Below, in pieces: positions 29,692-38,544 of a DNA stretch of 53,896 nt; positions within the stretch are counted from its first letter, which is position 1, and every line of letters begins with the position of its first letter. The notes under the pieces were generated by a model that worked only from the letters and a program-made list of their open reading frames with translations, was not told the DNA's origin and made no database searches. The position numbers and the translations under genes were made by a program. The DNA comes from a bacterium (lineage in GTDB: Bacteria > JACRDZ01 > JAQUKH01): assembly GCA_028719205.1 (NCBI GenBank), contig JAQUKH010000017.1, forward strand, positions 1-53,896, given 5' to 3'.

Positions 29692-30459
29692 ATGTTTTTA
29701 GATAAAATATTACGGCAAAAAAAAATTGAATTAGATAAAGAAAAGATCGAACTTCCTCTTGAGATCTTAAAAAAAAATTTGGATTCTTTTCCCCGCCGGA
29801 ATTTTAAAAAAGCGATCAGCCAAAAAGACAAAATAAATATAATCGCGGAGATAAAAAAAGCGTCGCCTTCACGAGGGGTAATAGTCCCTTCGGATTTTTA
29901 CCCGGATGATATCGCGAAGATCTATGAGAAAAATAATGTGTCCGCGATCTCAATATTAACCGAAAGAGAATTTTTTAAGGGTGAAATCGACTTTATTCCA
30001 TTAGTTAAAAAGGTTACGGATATCCCTCTTCTTCGCAAAGATTTTATCATTGATGAATATCAGATTTATCAGTCCAGGGTTTACGGGGCGGATGCTATTT
30101 TACTTATTGTAAGGATCCTGAGCCTGCAAAAATTGCGGGATTATTTAAAACTGGCAAACGATCTATCTTTGGATTGCCTTGTTGAAGTGCATAATGAAAA
30201 AGAGATGGAAACAGCAAATGCCGCCGGGGCTGAAATAATCGGCATAAACAACAGAGATCTGGATACTTTCACAATAGATCTGGCTACCACTTTAAAACTT
30301 GCCCCCCTTGGAGAAGGGAAAATTATTGTGAGTGAAAGCGGGATAAAAACGAAGGACGATATTTTACATTTGAAAAAGGCGGGAGTAAATGCCTTTCTTA
30401 TCGGAGAGGCGTTGATGGAGAGTAATGATATCGGAGCCAAAATTAAAGGGTTGCAGTAA
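29692..30459 (+). CDS. trpC: Indole-3-glycerol phosphate synthase
   Basis: IAEIKKASPSRG, LRKDFI, GINNRDL, VSESGI. Confidence 0.97.
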   Translation: MFLDKILRQKKIELDKEKIELPLEILKKNLDSFPRRNFKKAISQKDKINIIAEIKKASPSRGVIVPSDFYPDDIAKIYEKNNVSAISILTEREFFKGEIDFIPLVKKVTDIPLLRKDFIIDEYQIYQSRVYGADAILLIVRILSLQKLRDYLKLANDLSLDCLVEVHNEKEMETANAAGAEIIGINNRDLDTFTIDLATTLKLAPLGEGKIIVSESGIKTKDDILHLKKAGVNAFLIGEALMESNDIGAKIKGLQ

Positions 30460-30476
30460 TATGAGGAGTAAAATTA

Positions 30477-30755
30477 ATGAAATTTGAACAGCCGAAAGGC
30501 CCGTTTTGTCAGAGCTGCGGGATGCCTCTTGAGAAGGTTGATGACTATGGTACCAATACAGATAGCAGTAAGAGCGATGAATATTGCTGCTATTGTTTTA
30601 TAAAAGGCAAATTTATGGAACCGAATATTACCGAGGAACAAATGGTAGAAAAGGTAACCAGGTATATGGTAGCGCAGATGAAAATGATGGAATCGCAGGC
30701 AAGAAAAACAGTAAAGGATTTTATTCCAAAGCTTAAAAGATGGCAGAAGGAATAG
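30477..30755 (+). CDS. Zinc-ribbon domain protein
   Basis: CQSCGMP...YCCYC...LKRW. Confidence 0.85.
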   Translation: MKFEQPKGPFCQSCGMPLEKVDDYGTNTDSSKSDEYCCYCFIKGKFMEPNITEEQMVEKVTRYMVAQMKMMESQARKTVKDFIPKLKRWQKE

Positions 30756-30864
30756 TGAATTAGCTTGCTTTATTATCTAAATTTTGATATAAGATATAAA
30801 CAATACTTAAGCGGCTTGGCCGCTTTTAGTTATTGTTATCCTCTCTGAGGATAAAAATATGCGT

Positions 30865-30957
30865 GGAGAGGTGGCCGAGTGGTCGAAGGCGGCTGCCTGC
30901 TAAGCAGTTGTACCCTCCAAAGGGGTACCCCGGGTTCAAATCCCGGCCTCTCCGCCA
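30865..30957 (+). tRNA. tRNA-Ser(GCT)
   Basis: GGAGAGG/CCTCTCC acceptor, CTGCTAA loop, long variable arm, CCA. Confidence 0.96.
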
Positions 30958-31027
30958 TTTTGCCGTCAGGCAAAACAGCAGAGAATTGAAAGTTAAGAGT
31001 AAAAGTTTGGATATTTATCTAATATTT

Positions 31028-31104
31028 GCGCCTGTGGCTCAGCTGGATAGAGCATCAGATTGCGGATCTGAGGGTCGCACGTTCAAATCGTGCCAGGCGC
31101 ACCA
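31028..31104 (+). tRNA. tRNA-Arg(GCG)
   Basis: Anticodon arm TCAGA-TTGCGGA-TCTGA, CCA end. Confidence 0.93.
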
Positions 31105-31114
31105 CTTTTTCAGA

Positions 31115-31150
31115 CAAGGGGAAAAACGAAAGTTTTTCCCCTTGTTTTTT
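31115..31150 (+). terminator. Hairpin/terminator after tRNA-Arg
   Basis: ACAAGGGGAAAAAC-GAAA-GTTTTTCCCCTTGT then T-run. Confidence 0.7.
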
Positions 31151-31173
31151 AAAGCATATTTTATACATGTATA

Positions 31174-31263
31174 GGAGAGATGTCCGAGCGGTTGAAGGAG
31201 CCAGTCTCGAAAACTGGTAGGCCTGCAAGGGCCTCCTGGGTTCAAATCCCAGTCTCTCCGCCA
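31174..31263 (+). tRNA. tRNA-Ser(CGA)
   Basis: CCAGT-CTCGAAA-ACTGG anticodon arm, variable arm, CCA. Confidence 0.96.
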
Positions 31264-31432
31264 GCTTTTCTGCCTCCGGCAGAAAAGCAGAGCAATCGAG
31301 AATCGAAAGTCGAGATTTGATTGTGAGAATGCTCGATTGCGGTCAAATTTCGATTCTCGATTTTCAAGAAACAATACTTAATATTGAACTTTCCTTAAAT
31401 ATTTAGTATACTAAAAAATTTAAGGAGTTTTT

Positions 31433-32185
31433 GTGCAAAAAATCTGGATATACACTATTCTTAGTGTTTCAATCGTAAGCTTAATATCTCTTATAGGGAT
31501 TTTTTTTATTTCCTTAAACGAAGAGCGGTTGAAATTTATACTTCTTTTTATGGTAAGTTTCTCGGTAGGAGGGTTATTCGGCGACGCGTTTATACATCTT
31601 GTTCCCGAGGCCTTTAAAAATTCCGGGAATGGCCTTTTGGTTTCAATTTTTATCATTTTGGGTATACTGGTTTTTTTCGCGTTAGAGAAGTTTTTTGCCT
31701 GGAGACATTGTCATCTTCCGACATCGGAAAAGCATCCGCATCCTATTGCCCTTATGAATCTTTTTGGGGATGGCCTGCATAATCTGATTGACGGTATGGT
31801 AATCGGCGCGAGTTATCTTGTCAGCCCTTCAATAGGATTTACTACGACATTGGCAGTTATTTTCCATGAAATTCCTCAGGAGATAGGGGATTATAGTATT
31901 TTAATTTATGGCGGATTTTCGAAAAAAAGAGCATTGCTGATGAATTTTTTATCCGCGTTAACGGCTATTGTAGGGGCAATAATTTCTCTTTTGATCGGGC
32001 CAAAAATTGAAAGCTATTCCGCTTTTTTAATACCTTTAACTGCAGGCGGATTTATTTATCTGGCAGGGTCAGATTTGATCCCGGAATTACATAAAGAGAC
32101 TAAGTTAAAACGTTCTATCTGGCAGTTTGTAGGTATAGTTTCCGGTGTCGGGATTATGGTGCTTTTATTGTTTTTTGACTTGTGA
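31433..32185 (+). CDS. ZIP family metal transporter
   Basis: GDAFIHLVPE, GDGLHNLIDG, HEIPQEIGD, DLIPELH. Confidence 0.93.
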   Translation: MQKIWIYTILSVSIVSLISLIGIFFISLNEERLKFILLFMVSFSVGGLFGDAFIHLVPEAFKNSGNGLLVSIFIILGILVFFALEKFFAWRHCHLPTSEKHPHPIALMNLFGDGLHNLIDGMVIGASYLVSPSIGFTTTLAVIFHEIPQEIGDYSILIYGGFSKKRALLMNFLSALTAIVGAIISLLIGPKIESYSAFLIPLTAGGFIYLAGSDLIPELHKETKLKRSIWQFVGIVSGVGIMVLLLFFDL

Positions 32186-32196
32186 CATTTTTAATT

Positions 32197-32273
32197 GCGC
32201 CTGTAGCTCAGCTGGATAGAGCAGTAGACTTCGAATCTGAAGGTCGCCCGTTCGAATCGGGCCAGGCGCACCA
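32197..32273 (+). tRNA. tRNA-Arg(TCG)
   Basis: Loop CTTCGAA, acceptor GCGCCTG/CAGGCGC, CCA. Confidence 0.93.
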
Positions 32274-32299
32274 TATACCTTATAAAGGGGATTCAAATT

Positions 32300-34111
32300 A
32301 TGGTAAAAAAAAGTAAAATAGATTTAAATAAATACTGGTCACCCGCGTTTAATACAATGTCGGAATTTGTATATCTTTTGGACAAAGGTTTCAATATAAT
32401 TAAAGTTAATAAAGCTGTTGCTGATTTCACAAAAAAAGATGAAAGTTCATTGATAGGAACAAAATGTTATAAAGCTTTGTATGATGTAAATAAACCTCTT
32501 ACAAAAGATTGTCCCTATAAAAGAATGCTAAAGAGCGAAAAATTCGAAACGCTTGAATTATTTATTCCGCATAGAAAAAAATGGCTTAATATAAGAACTA
32601 ATCCGATTTTTGATGAAAAGAATAATTTAATTGGAGGTGTAACCTTTTCGGAAGATATAACAGATAGAAAAAATACTGAAAAGTTGCTTCTTAAAAGTGA
32701 AGAAGAATTTCGGGTGACATTTGAAAACGCAAAGGATGCCATTTTCTGGGCTGATATTGAAGCGATGTGTATTGTCAAATGCAATAAGGCGGCTGGAAAA
32801 CTGGTTGAGAGAGATGTAAAAGAGATTGTAGGTAAAAGCCATACTATACTTTTTCCGCCGGAAAAAATTGAAATTTATAATAATATGTTCAGGACGCATT
32901 TAAAAAAAGGCGGCGGTTTTGATGAGCCCGCTGAAGTAATTACTAAATCAGGAAAACTTAAACCAATTCTTATTACCTCTTCTCTAACTACAATTGGAGA
33001 ACAAAAGATAATGTGGGGTATCTTCCATGATATCAGTGAACGAAAAAAAACGGAATCCGCTTTAAAGGAATCTGAAGAAAAATTCAGGACATTGGCGGAA
33101 GAATCGCCAAATATGATCTTTATTAATAAAAAAGGGAAAGTAATTTATGCCAATAAAAAATGTGAAGAAGTAATGGGGCATAAGAAAGATGAGTTTTATT
33201 CTGATAGATTTGATTTTATGTCTACGGTTGAACCAAAAGACCATGATAAAGTCAGGAAGGCTTTTATAAAACATATGAGAGGTGAAAATGTACCGCCTTA
33301 TGAATATACACTTGCCCTGAAAAACGGGAACAAAATGGAAATAATCATAACCACAAAATTAATAAACTATGGCGGTGAAAAGGCGATCCTTGGGATAATA
33401 ACAGATATTACCGAACGTAAGCAAATAGAGAAAATGAAGGATAATCTTATATGTGATGTTTCACATAGCTTAAAAACTCCGATCGCTATAACAGCGATGG
33501 CCCTTGAAGTATGTAAAGGCGCAATGCAGGTTAATGATCTGGATCAAATTAGAAGGTCTCACGCTATAGCGCACAGCAATATAAAAAAAGCGCATAAGGA
33601 TGTTAATAATATATTAGAAATATTTACATTGGAAACCGGAAGGGCAAAGCGTCAAAAGAATAAAAAAGAAAAGATCTCTTTAACTTCCGTAATAAATGAG
33701 ATATTGAAAAGTTTAAGTTATCTTATTTTGGATAAGGGGCTTAAAATTAATATAGATATTCAGGAAAACGCAAAAGATGTTATAATAAGCAGGAAAGACG
33801 CTGTGATTTTAATAAATAATCTTTTGGAAAATTCTATTAAATTCACGGAAAAAGGCAGTATTTCGATAAAAAGCAGGTTGAAAGGCAGCGAGGTTGAAAT
33901 ATCAGTACAGGATACCGGCTGTGGAATAGAACCTAAACATATAAACAAAGTTTTTGATAAGTTTTATAAACGTCATCCCGCAGTTGACGGTTCAGGATTA
34001 GGGCTTGCAATCTGCAGGGAAATTGTTAATATTTATAATGGGAAAATAGAGGCCAGGTCAAAAGGTAAAAATCAAGGTACCACAATAATAGTCAGGTTGC
34101 CAAAGGGGTGA
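32300..34111 (+). CDS. Cytoplasmic triple-PAS sensor histidine kinase
   Basis: Three PAS/PAC units ending DITDRK/DISERK/DITERK; SHSLKTP; NLLENSIKF, DTGCGI, GSGLGL. Confidence 0.92.
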   Translation: MVKKSKIDLNKYWSPAFNTMSEFVYLLDKGFNIIKVNKAVADFTKKDESSLIGTKCYKALYDVNKPLTKDCPYKRMLKSEKFETLELFIPHRKKWLNIRTNPIFDEKNNLIGGVTFSEDITDRKNTEKLLLKSEEEFRVTFENAKDAIFWADIEAMCIVKCNKAAGKLVERDVKEIVGKSHTILFPPEKIEIYNNMFRTHLKKGGGFDEPAEVITKSGKLKPILITSSLTTIGEQKIMWGIFHDISERKKTESALKESEEKFRTLAEESPNMIFINKKGKVIYANKKCEEVMGHKKDEFYSDRFDFMSTVEPKDHDKVRKAFIKHMRGENVPPYEYTLALKNGNKMEIIITTKLINYGGEKAILGIITDITERKQIEKMKDNLICDVSHSLKTPIAITAMALEVCKGAMQVNDLDQIRRSHAIAHSNIKKAHKDVNNILEIFTLETGRAKRQKNKKEKISLTSVINEILKSLSYLILDKGLKINIDIQENAKDVIISRKDAVILINNLLENSIKFTEKGSISIKSRLKGSEVEISVQDTGCGIEPKHINKVFDKFYKRHPAVDGSGLGLAICREIVNIYNGKIEARSKGKNQGTTIIVRLPKG

Positions 34112-34230
34112 CCTTGAGTTAAACGGAAGAATAAAAAAATAATATATAAATATTCAAAATAAGACAAATAGTATTATAATATATACAGGTCGGGAATAAA
34201 CGAGGGAATTTTACTAGAGAGGAGGTTATT

Positions 34231-34623
34231 ATGGCGGGAAATAGTAATAACATAAAAAATATTTTGATAGTCGAAGATGACAAAGACATGAGGGAGATCT
34301 ACGAGATTTTTTTCAGCGACCAAAAAGATAAATATCTTTTTGATTTTGAAAGCAACGCGGAAGAGGCTTTAAAAAAATTGAAGGTAAAAAAGTATGATCT
34401 GGTATTGTTGGATATTATTATGGAGCCTATGTCAGGTGATGCCTTTTTTATGCATGTGAGAAAAGAAATGGGTGACGATCTTAAAAATATTCCAATACTT
34501 GTAGTTAGTGTTTTAAGCCCGAGTATTTTGAGACAGTTAAAGAAGATAAATCACGTGGATTTCGCCCAGAAACCTGTTACAAAAGAGCAACTGCTGGAGA
34601 AGATCAAAGCGATCATAGGATAA
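34231..34623 (+). CDS. Single-domain response regulator
   Basis: ILIVEDD, LLDIIMEPMSG, QKP. Confidence 0.92.
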   Translation: MAGNSNNIKNILIVEDDKDMREIYEIFFSDQKDKYLFDFESNAEEALKKLKVKKYDLVLLDIIMEPMSGDAFFMHVRKEMGDDLKNIPILVVSVLSPSILRQLKKINHVDFAQKPVTKEQLLEKIKAIIG

Positions 34624-34632
34624 AAAAACAGG

Positions 34633-34723
34633 GGAGAGGTGCGAGAGCGGTTTAATCGGCACGCCTGGAAAGTGTGTGACCTCCTAAAGGGGTCCCAGGG
34701 TTCAAATCCCTGCCTCTCCGCCA
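34633..34723 (+). tRNA. tRNA-Ser(GGA)
   Basis: CACGC-CTGGAAA-GTGTG anticodon arm, variable arm, CCA. Confidence 0.96.
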
Positions 34724-34929
34724 TTAGAAATAACAGCAAAGAGCATGGGGGCATGGAGCATAGAGTAAAGATAAATAAAAGCTGGGATTTGAACAGGGAA
34801 AAGAGTTTGAGAAAAACGGGAGTTTTTCTCAAGGGGTGACAGTGACCCCGATGTTTTTATCGGGGGAACGCCAGAGGGGCGGAGCCCCTATGGAGAGCGT
34901 AGCGAGTTCAACTCCCTGCCTCTCCGCCA
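34724..34929 (+). mobile_element. Miniature non-coding element ending in a copy of the tRNA-Ser 3' end
   Basis: 34906-34929 repeats 34700-34723 (23/24); inverted T-arm copy GGGATTTGAAC near 34784; several hairpins. Confidence 0.65.
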
Positions 34930-34988
34930 TGTTCATTATTTTTACATGATCTGTTTTAAGTTATAAATTTAAAAGAGGAGACCACTCA

Positions 34989-35522
34989 ATGAAGAAAACT
35001 GCCATGCTATTGTTATTTGGAATGTTTTTAGCAACAAATTTAATATCTGCAGAAGAAGGAGGAAAAGTGGAGAGTAAAGATCAGGTAAAAACTAAAGAAG
35101 TCGCGGTAATTCAGACAAAAAAGGGAAAGATAGTTTTTGAATTCTATCAGGATGACGCCCCAAACACCGTTGATAATTTTAAAAAGCTTGCAAATAAGGG
35201 TTTTTATGATGGATTAAAATTTCATAGAGTAGAGCCTGGTTTTGTTATTCAGGGCGGAGATCCTAAAGGGAATGGAACGGGCGGCCCCGGGTATCAAATT
35301 AAAGCTGAGTTTAATAAACAGCCTCACCTTGAGGGTACAGTAGCGATGGCGAGAAGCCAGAACCCTGACAGTGCCGGAAGCCAATTTTATATATGTCTTG
35401 CTCCCGCGCCATTTTTAAATGGCCAATACACGGTATTTGGCCAGGTAATAGAAGGAATTGATGTTGTCCATAAAATCGCGGTGGGTGATGTGATGGATAA
35501 AGTTACAATAGAAAAGAAATAG
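34989..35522 (+). CDS. Cyclophilin-type peptidyl-prolyl isomerase
   Basis: [34 protein letters not shown]. Confidence 0.95.
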   Translation: MKKTAMLLLFGMFLATNLISAEEGGKVESKDQVKTKEVAVIQTKKGKIVFEFYQDDAPNTVDNFKKLANKGFYDGLKFHRVEPGFVIQGGDPKGNGTGGPGYQIKAEFNKQPHLEGTVAMARSQNPDSAGSQFYICLAPAPFLNGQYTVFGQVIEGIDVVHKIAVGDVMDKVTIEKK

Positions 35523-35533
35523 GTTTGAGGTTT

Positions 35534-35633
35534 GGCGGTGTTTGGAAGAGACAATAAAATATTTATGAACCTCGTCAGGTCCGGAAGGAAGCAGCGATAA
35601 ATAGAGGTTTTATGTGTTTTGACCAACATCGCC
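35534..35633 (+). ncRNA. ffs: SRP RNA (4.5S)
   Basis: TCAGGTCCGGAAGGAAGCAGC domain IV; terminal stem GGCGGTG/CATCGCC; upstream of dnaX. Confidence 0.93.
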
Positions 35634-35765
35634 AATTATAAAAAATGTAAAATAAAAAGTAAAAATGCAAATTATATTTAACGCCCCCTTTATCCCTTTC
35701 TTTTCACGAAGTGATCGCTTCGCGATAAAAAGAGGGGGTTGGGGGAGTTGATTGTTTATTAATTT

Positions 35766-37538
35766 ATGTCATATATCGTTTTAGCCCGTCGATACCGCCC
35801 TCAAAATTTTGATGAATTAATTGGCCAGAGCCATGTCGCGCTAACATTAAAAAACGCTTTAGCGTTAAATAGGATCGCGCATGCTTATCTTTTTTCAGGC
35901 CCGCGGGGAGTGGGAAAAACCAGCGCGGCAAGGATTTTAGCTAAATCGCTTAATTGTGAAAAAAGAAAAGATAATTCCCCTTGTAACACTTGTGTAAGCT
36001 GCGAGGAGATTACTAAAGGGATATCGATGGATGTTGTTGAAATTGACGGCGCTTCAAACCGCGGAATAGATGAAATCAGGAATTTACGGGAGAATGTAAA
36101 ATTCGCGCCTGTCAGCGGGAAATACAGGATTTATATAATTGATGAAGTCCATATGTTGACAAAAGAGGCGTTTAATGCTCTATTGAAAACATTAGAGGAG
36201 CCGCCGCCGCATGCTATTTTTATTTTTGCCACGACTGAACCTTATAAAGTTCCGTTAACGATCATTTCCCGGTGCCAGAGATTTGATTTCCGGAGAGTAT
36301 CTGTTAATGAAATGGTTAAACATCTGCAATATATCGCGGGCAAAGAAAATATTGATGTAGAGGAGGATGCATTGTATTTGATCGCGCAGGCATCAGAAGG
36401 AAGCATGCGCGACAGCCAGAGTTTGCTGGATCAGGCAGTATCTTACAGCGGGAAAAAAATCGCGAAAAAAGACGTGCAGGATTTTCTTGGCCTGACGGAA
36501 GAAAAACTTTTAGAAGAATTTTGTGAGATCCTTAATAAGAGAGACCCGTCGGGGGCGTTATTTTTTTTAAACCGGCTTTTGGAAAAAGGTGTTGACCTGA
36601 GCCAATTTATCAAGACAGTGATAGATTATCTCCGGCACATTCTTGTAGTGATCGTTGTTCCCGGTTTTGATGCCGGAGTTCTATCGGACCTATCTCCCGG
36701 TCAAATAAATAATATTACAAAATATCGTGATATTTTCACTAAAGACAGATTGCTGGATGTAATGAAGATATTAAATGAAACTGAATTGGAGATCCGCCGT
36801 TCCAGTTATCCCAGGATCCTGATGGAAATGGCATTGGTGAAGATTACGCAGGATGAGGAAGCAAAGAGCATAGAGCATAGAGCAGAGAGCAAAGGGCAAA
36901 AAGAGGTTACAAGTCACACCTGCCCGCCGAGGCGGGAGTCACCAGTTACCAGTAATGTAGGGGCAGGTTTTAAACCTGCCCAAAATGCAGGGGTGGTTCG
37001 TGAACCGCCCAAAAAGCAGGAGGATGAGCAAAGCGTAAAGGGTAAGTCCCGGTTGATGGATAGTGAATCACAGGTTACAAATCACGAGCAGCGAGACACT
37101 ATTGTTAAGCCGCAATCCGCGGAAAATCGCCCCTTTAAATTTTACTGGGGAGAGATTGTCCGGCGGGTAAAAGAAAAGAAGGTTATGCTGGGTAATTTAC
37201 TTGAGCATTGCGAGATAGTTGAGGAAAAAGATAATGAATTCAGTTTAGGCTTTAGTCCAAATAATAAGTTTTATAAAGAACGGATTGAAGAAAACAGCAA
37301 TCTTAAATTTATATCTGTAGTAGTAAGTGAATTAACAGGAAAAAACGTACAGATCAAATGTATAATAAAAGAAGATATAGTTAAAGAAAAAAAAGAAGTA
37401 AAAAAAGAAATGGATTTTTTAAGCGAGCGGAAGAAGGTTTTATCAGATCCGGTTTTGAAATCGTCATTTGATACTTTTGGCGGTGAGTTCGTTGAGATAA
37501 AAAAGCCAAGAATAAAAAAAGGAGAGATGGATGAATAA
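35766..37538 (+). CDS. dnaX: DNA polymerase III subunit gamma/tau
   Basis: ARRYRPQNF, GPRGVGKT, IDEVHML, NALLKTLEEPP, SRCQRF. Confidence 0.97.
   Translation: MSYIVLARRYRPQNFDELIGQSHVALTLKNALALNRIAHAYLFSGPRGVGKTSAARILAKSLNCEKRKDNSPCNTCVSCEEITKGISMDVVEIDGASNRGIDEIRNLRENVKFAPVSGKYRIYIIDEVHMLTKEAFNALLKTLEEPPPHAIFIFATTEPYKVPLTIISRCQRFDFRRVSVNEMVKHLQYIAGKENIDVEEDALYLIAQASEGSMRDSQSLLDQAVSYSGKKIAKKDVQDFLGLTEEKLLEEFCEILNKRDPSGALFFLNRLLEKGVDLSQFIKTVIDYLRHILVVIVVPGFDAGVLSDLSPGQINNITKYRDIFTKDRLLDVMKILNETELEIRRSSYPRILMEMALVKITQDEEAKSIEHRAESKGQKEVTSHTCPPRRESPVTSNVGAGFKPAQNAGVVREPPKKQEDEQSVKGKSRLMDSESQVTNHEQRDTIVKPQSAENRPFKFYWGEIVRRVKEKKVMLGNLLEHCEIVEEKDNEFSLGFSPNNKFYKERIEENSNLKFISVVVSELTGKNVQIKCIIKEDIVKEKKEVKKEMDFLSERKKVLSDPVLKSSFDTFGGEFVEIKKPRIKKGEMDE
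36957..37010 (+). repeat. Two tandem REP-like palindromes inside dnaX
   Basis: GTAG-GGGCAGGTTTTAAACCTGCCC and GCAG-GGGTGGTTCGTGAACCGCCC at 30 bp spacing. Confidence 0.65.
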
Positions 37539-37851
37539 AATGGCATCGATGATGCAGCAGGTTCAGAAAATGCAGGCAGATATGAAACGGATGCAGAAAG
37601 AACTGGAAAATAAAACTGTAGAAGCCTCAAGCGGAGGCGGCATGGTTAAGGTTATATTTGACGGCAAACAGCAGCTCAGGCAGATAAAAATTGAAAAGCA
37701 GGTTGTGAATCCGGAGGATCTGGAAATGCTTGAAGATCTGGTCCTCGCGGCGGTAAATGAAGGGCTGAAAAAATCTCAGGATATGGTTTCTTCAGAAATG
37801 AGCAAATTAACAGGGGGATTGAATATTCCGGGATTGAACGGATTGATGTAA
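37531..37851 (+). CDS. ybaB: YbaB/EbfC nucleoid-associated protein
   Basis: SSGGGMVKV, DLEMLEDLVLAAVNE; between dnaX and recR. Confidence 0.95.
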   Translation: MNKMASMMQQVQKMQADMKRMQKELENKTVEASSGGGMVKVIFDGKQQLRQIKIEKQVVNPEDLEMLEDLVLAAVNEGLKKSQDMVSSEMSKLTGGLNIPGLNGLM

Positions 37852-37863
37852 AAAAAATAAAAT

Positions 37864-38472
37864 ATGAAACTTTATTCAGATTCTTTTGAAAAGTTAATAA
37901 ATGAATTGAGCAGGCTTCCCGGTATAGGCCCGAAAACTGCCCAGCGCCTGGCATTTTTTATTTTGAAAATGCAAAAGGAAGAGGCTGAATCTTTGGCTTT
38001 CGCCATTCAGGAAGTAAAAAATAAAATACATTATTGTAAAGTGTGTAATAATCTTACTGAATCGGATATTTGTAATATTTGCAGCGACCAGAACAGGAAT
38101 AAAGAAATTATTTGCGTGGTAGAAGAACCTAATGACCTGATCGCGATCGAAAAGACAAGGGGATTTCGCGGGGTTTATCATATTTTACTGGGAAGAATTT
38201 CTCCAATGGATGGGCTTGGGCCGGAAGATATCAAGATAGACAGCCTGGTGGGAAAAGTTAAAAAAGGCGGGATCAGGGAGGTAATTCTTGCTATTAATCC
38301 TAATGTTGAAGGTGAGGCAACAGCTTTATATATTGCAAAACAGTTAAAACCTTTTAGTGTTAAAATTACGCGGTTGGCCCATGGGCTTCCAATGGGAGCT
38401 GATCTGGAATACGCGGATGAGGTTACTTTAACAAGGGCTATGGAAGGGCGCAGTGAAATGTTCTCCACTTAA
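37864..38472 (+). CDS. recR: Recombination mediator RecR
   Basis: LPGIGPKTAQRLA, C4 Zn finger, TOPRIM VEGEATA. Confidence 0.97.
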   Translation: MKLYSDSFEKLINELSRLPGIGPKTAQRLAFFILKMQKEEAESLAFAIQEVKNKIHYCKVCNNLTESDICNICSDQNRNKEIICVVEEPNDLIAIEKTRGFRGVYHILLGRISPMDGLGPEDIKIDSLVGKVKKGGIREVILAINPNVEGEATALYIAKQLKPFSVKITRLAHGLPMGADLEYADEVTLTRAMEGRSEMFST

Positions 38473-38483
38473 TCCATTTTTCC

Positions 38484-38513
38484 TTGACATATTATAGAAA
38501 AATATAATATAAT
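38484..38513 (+). promoter_or_regulatory. Sigma70-like promoter of por operon
   Basis: TTGACA-18 bp-TATAAT. Confidence 0.65.
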
Positions 38514-38544
38514 TAACATTCTATAAAAATTTTAGGAGAAATTA

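Noticed and set aside
30833-31374. ORFs over the tRNA cluster
   Set aside because: Explained by tRNA-Ser/Arg/Ser genes
35683-35747. C-rich/G-rich imperfect hairpin before dnaX
   Set aside because: Single copy in window; may be a REP-like repeat or terminator but no further support
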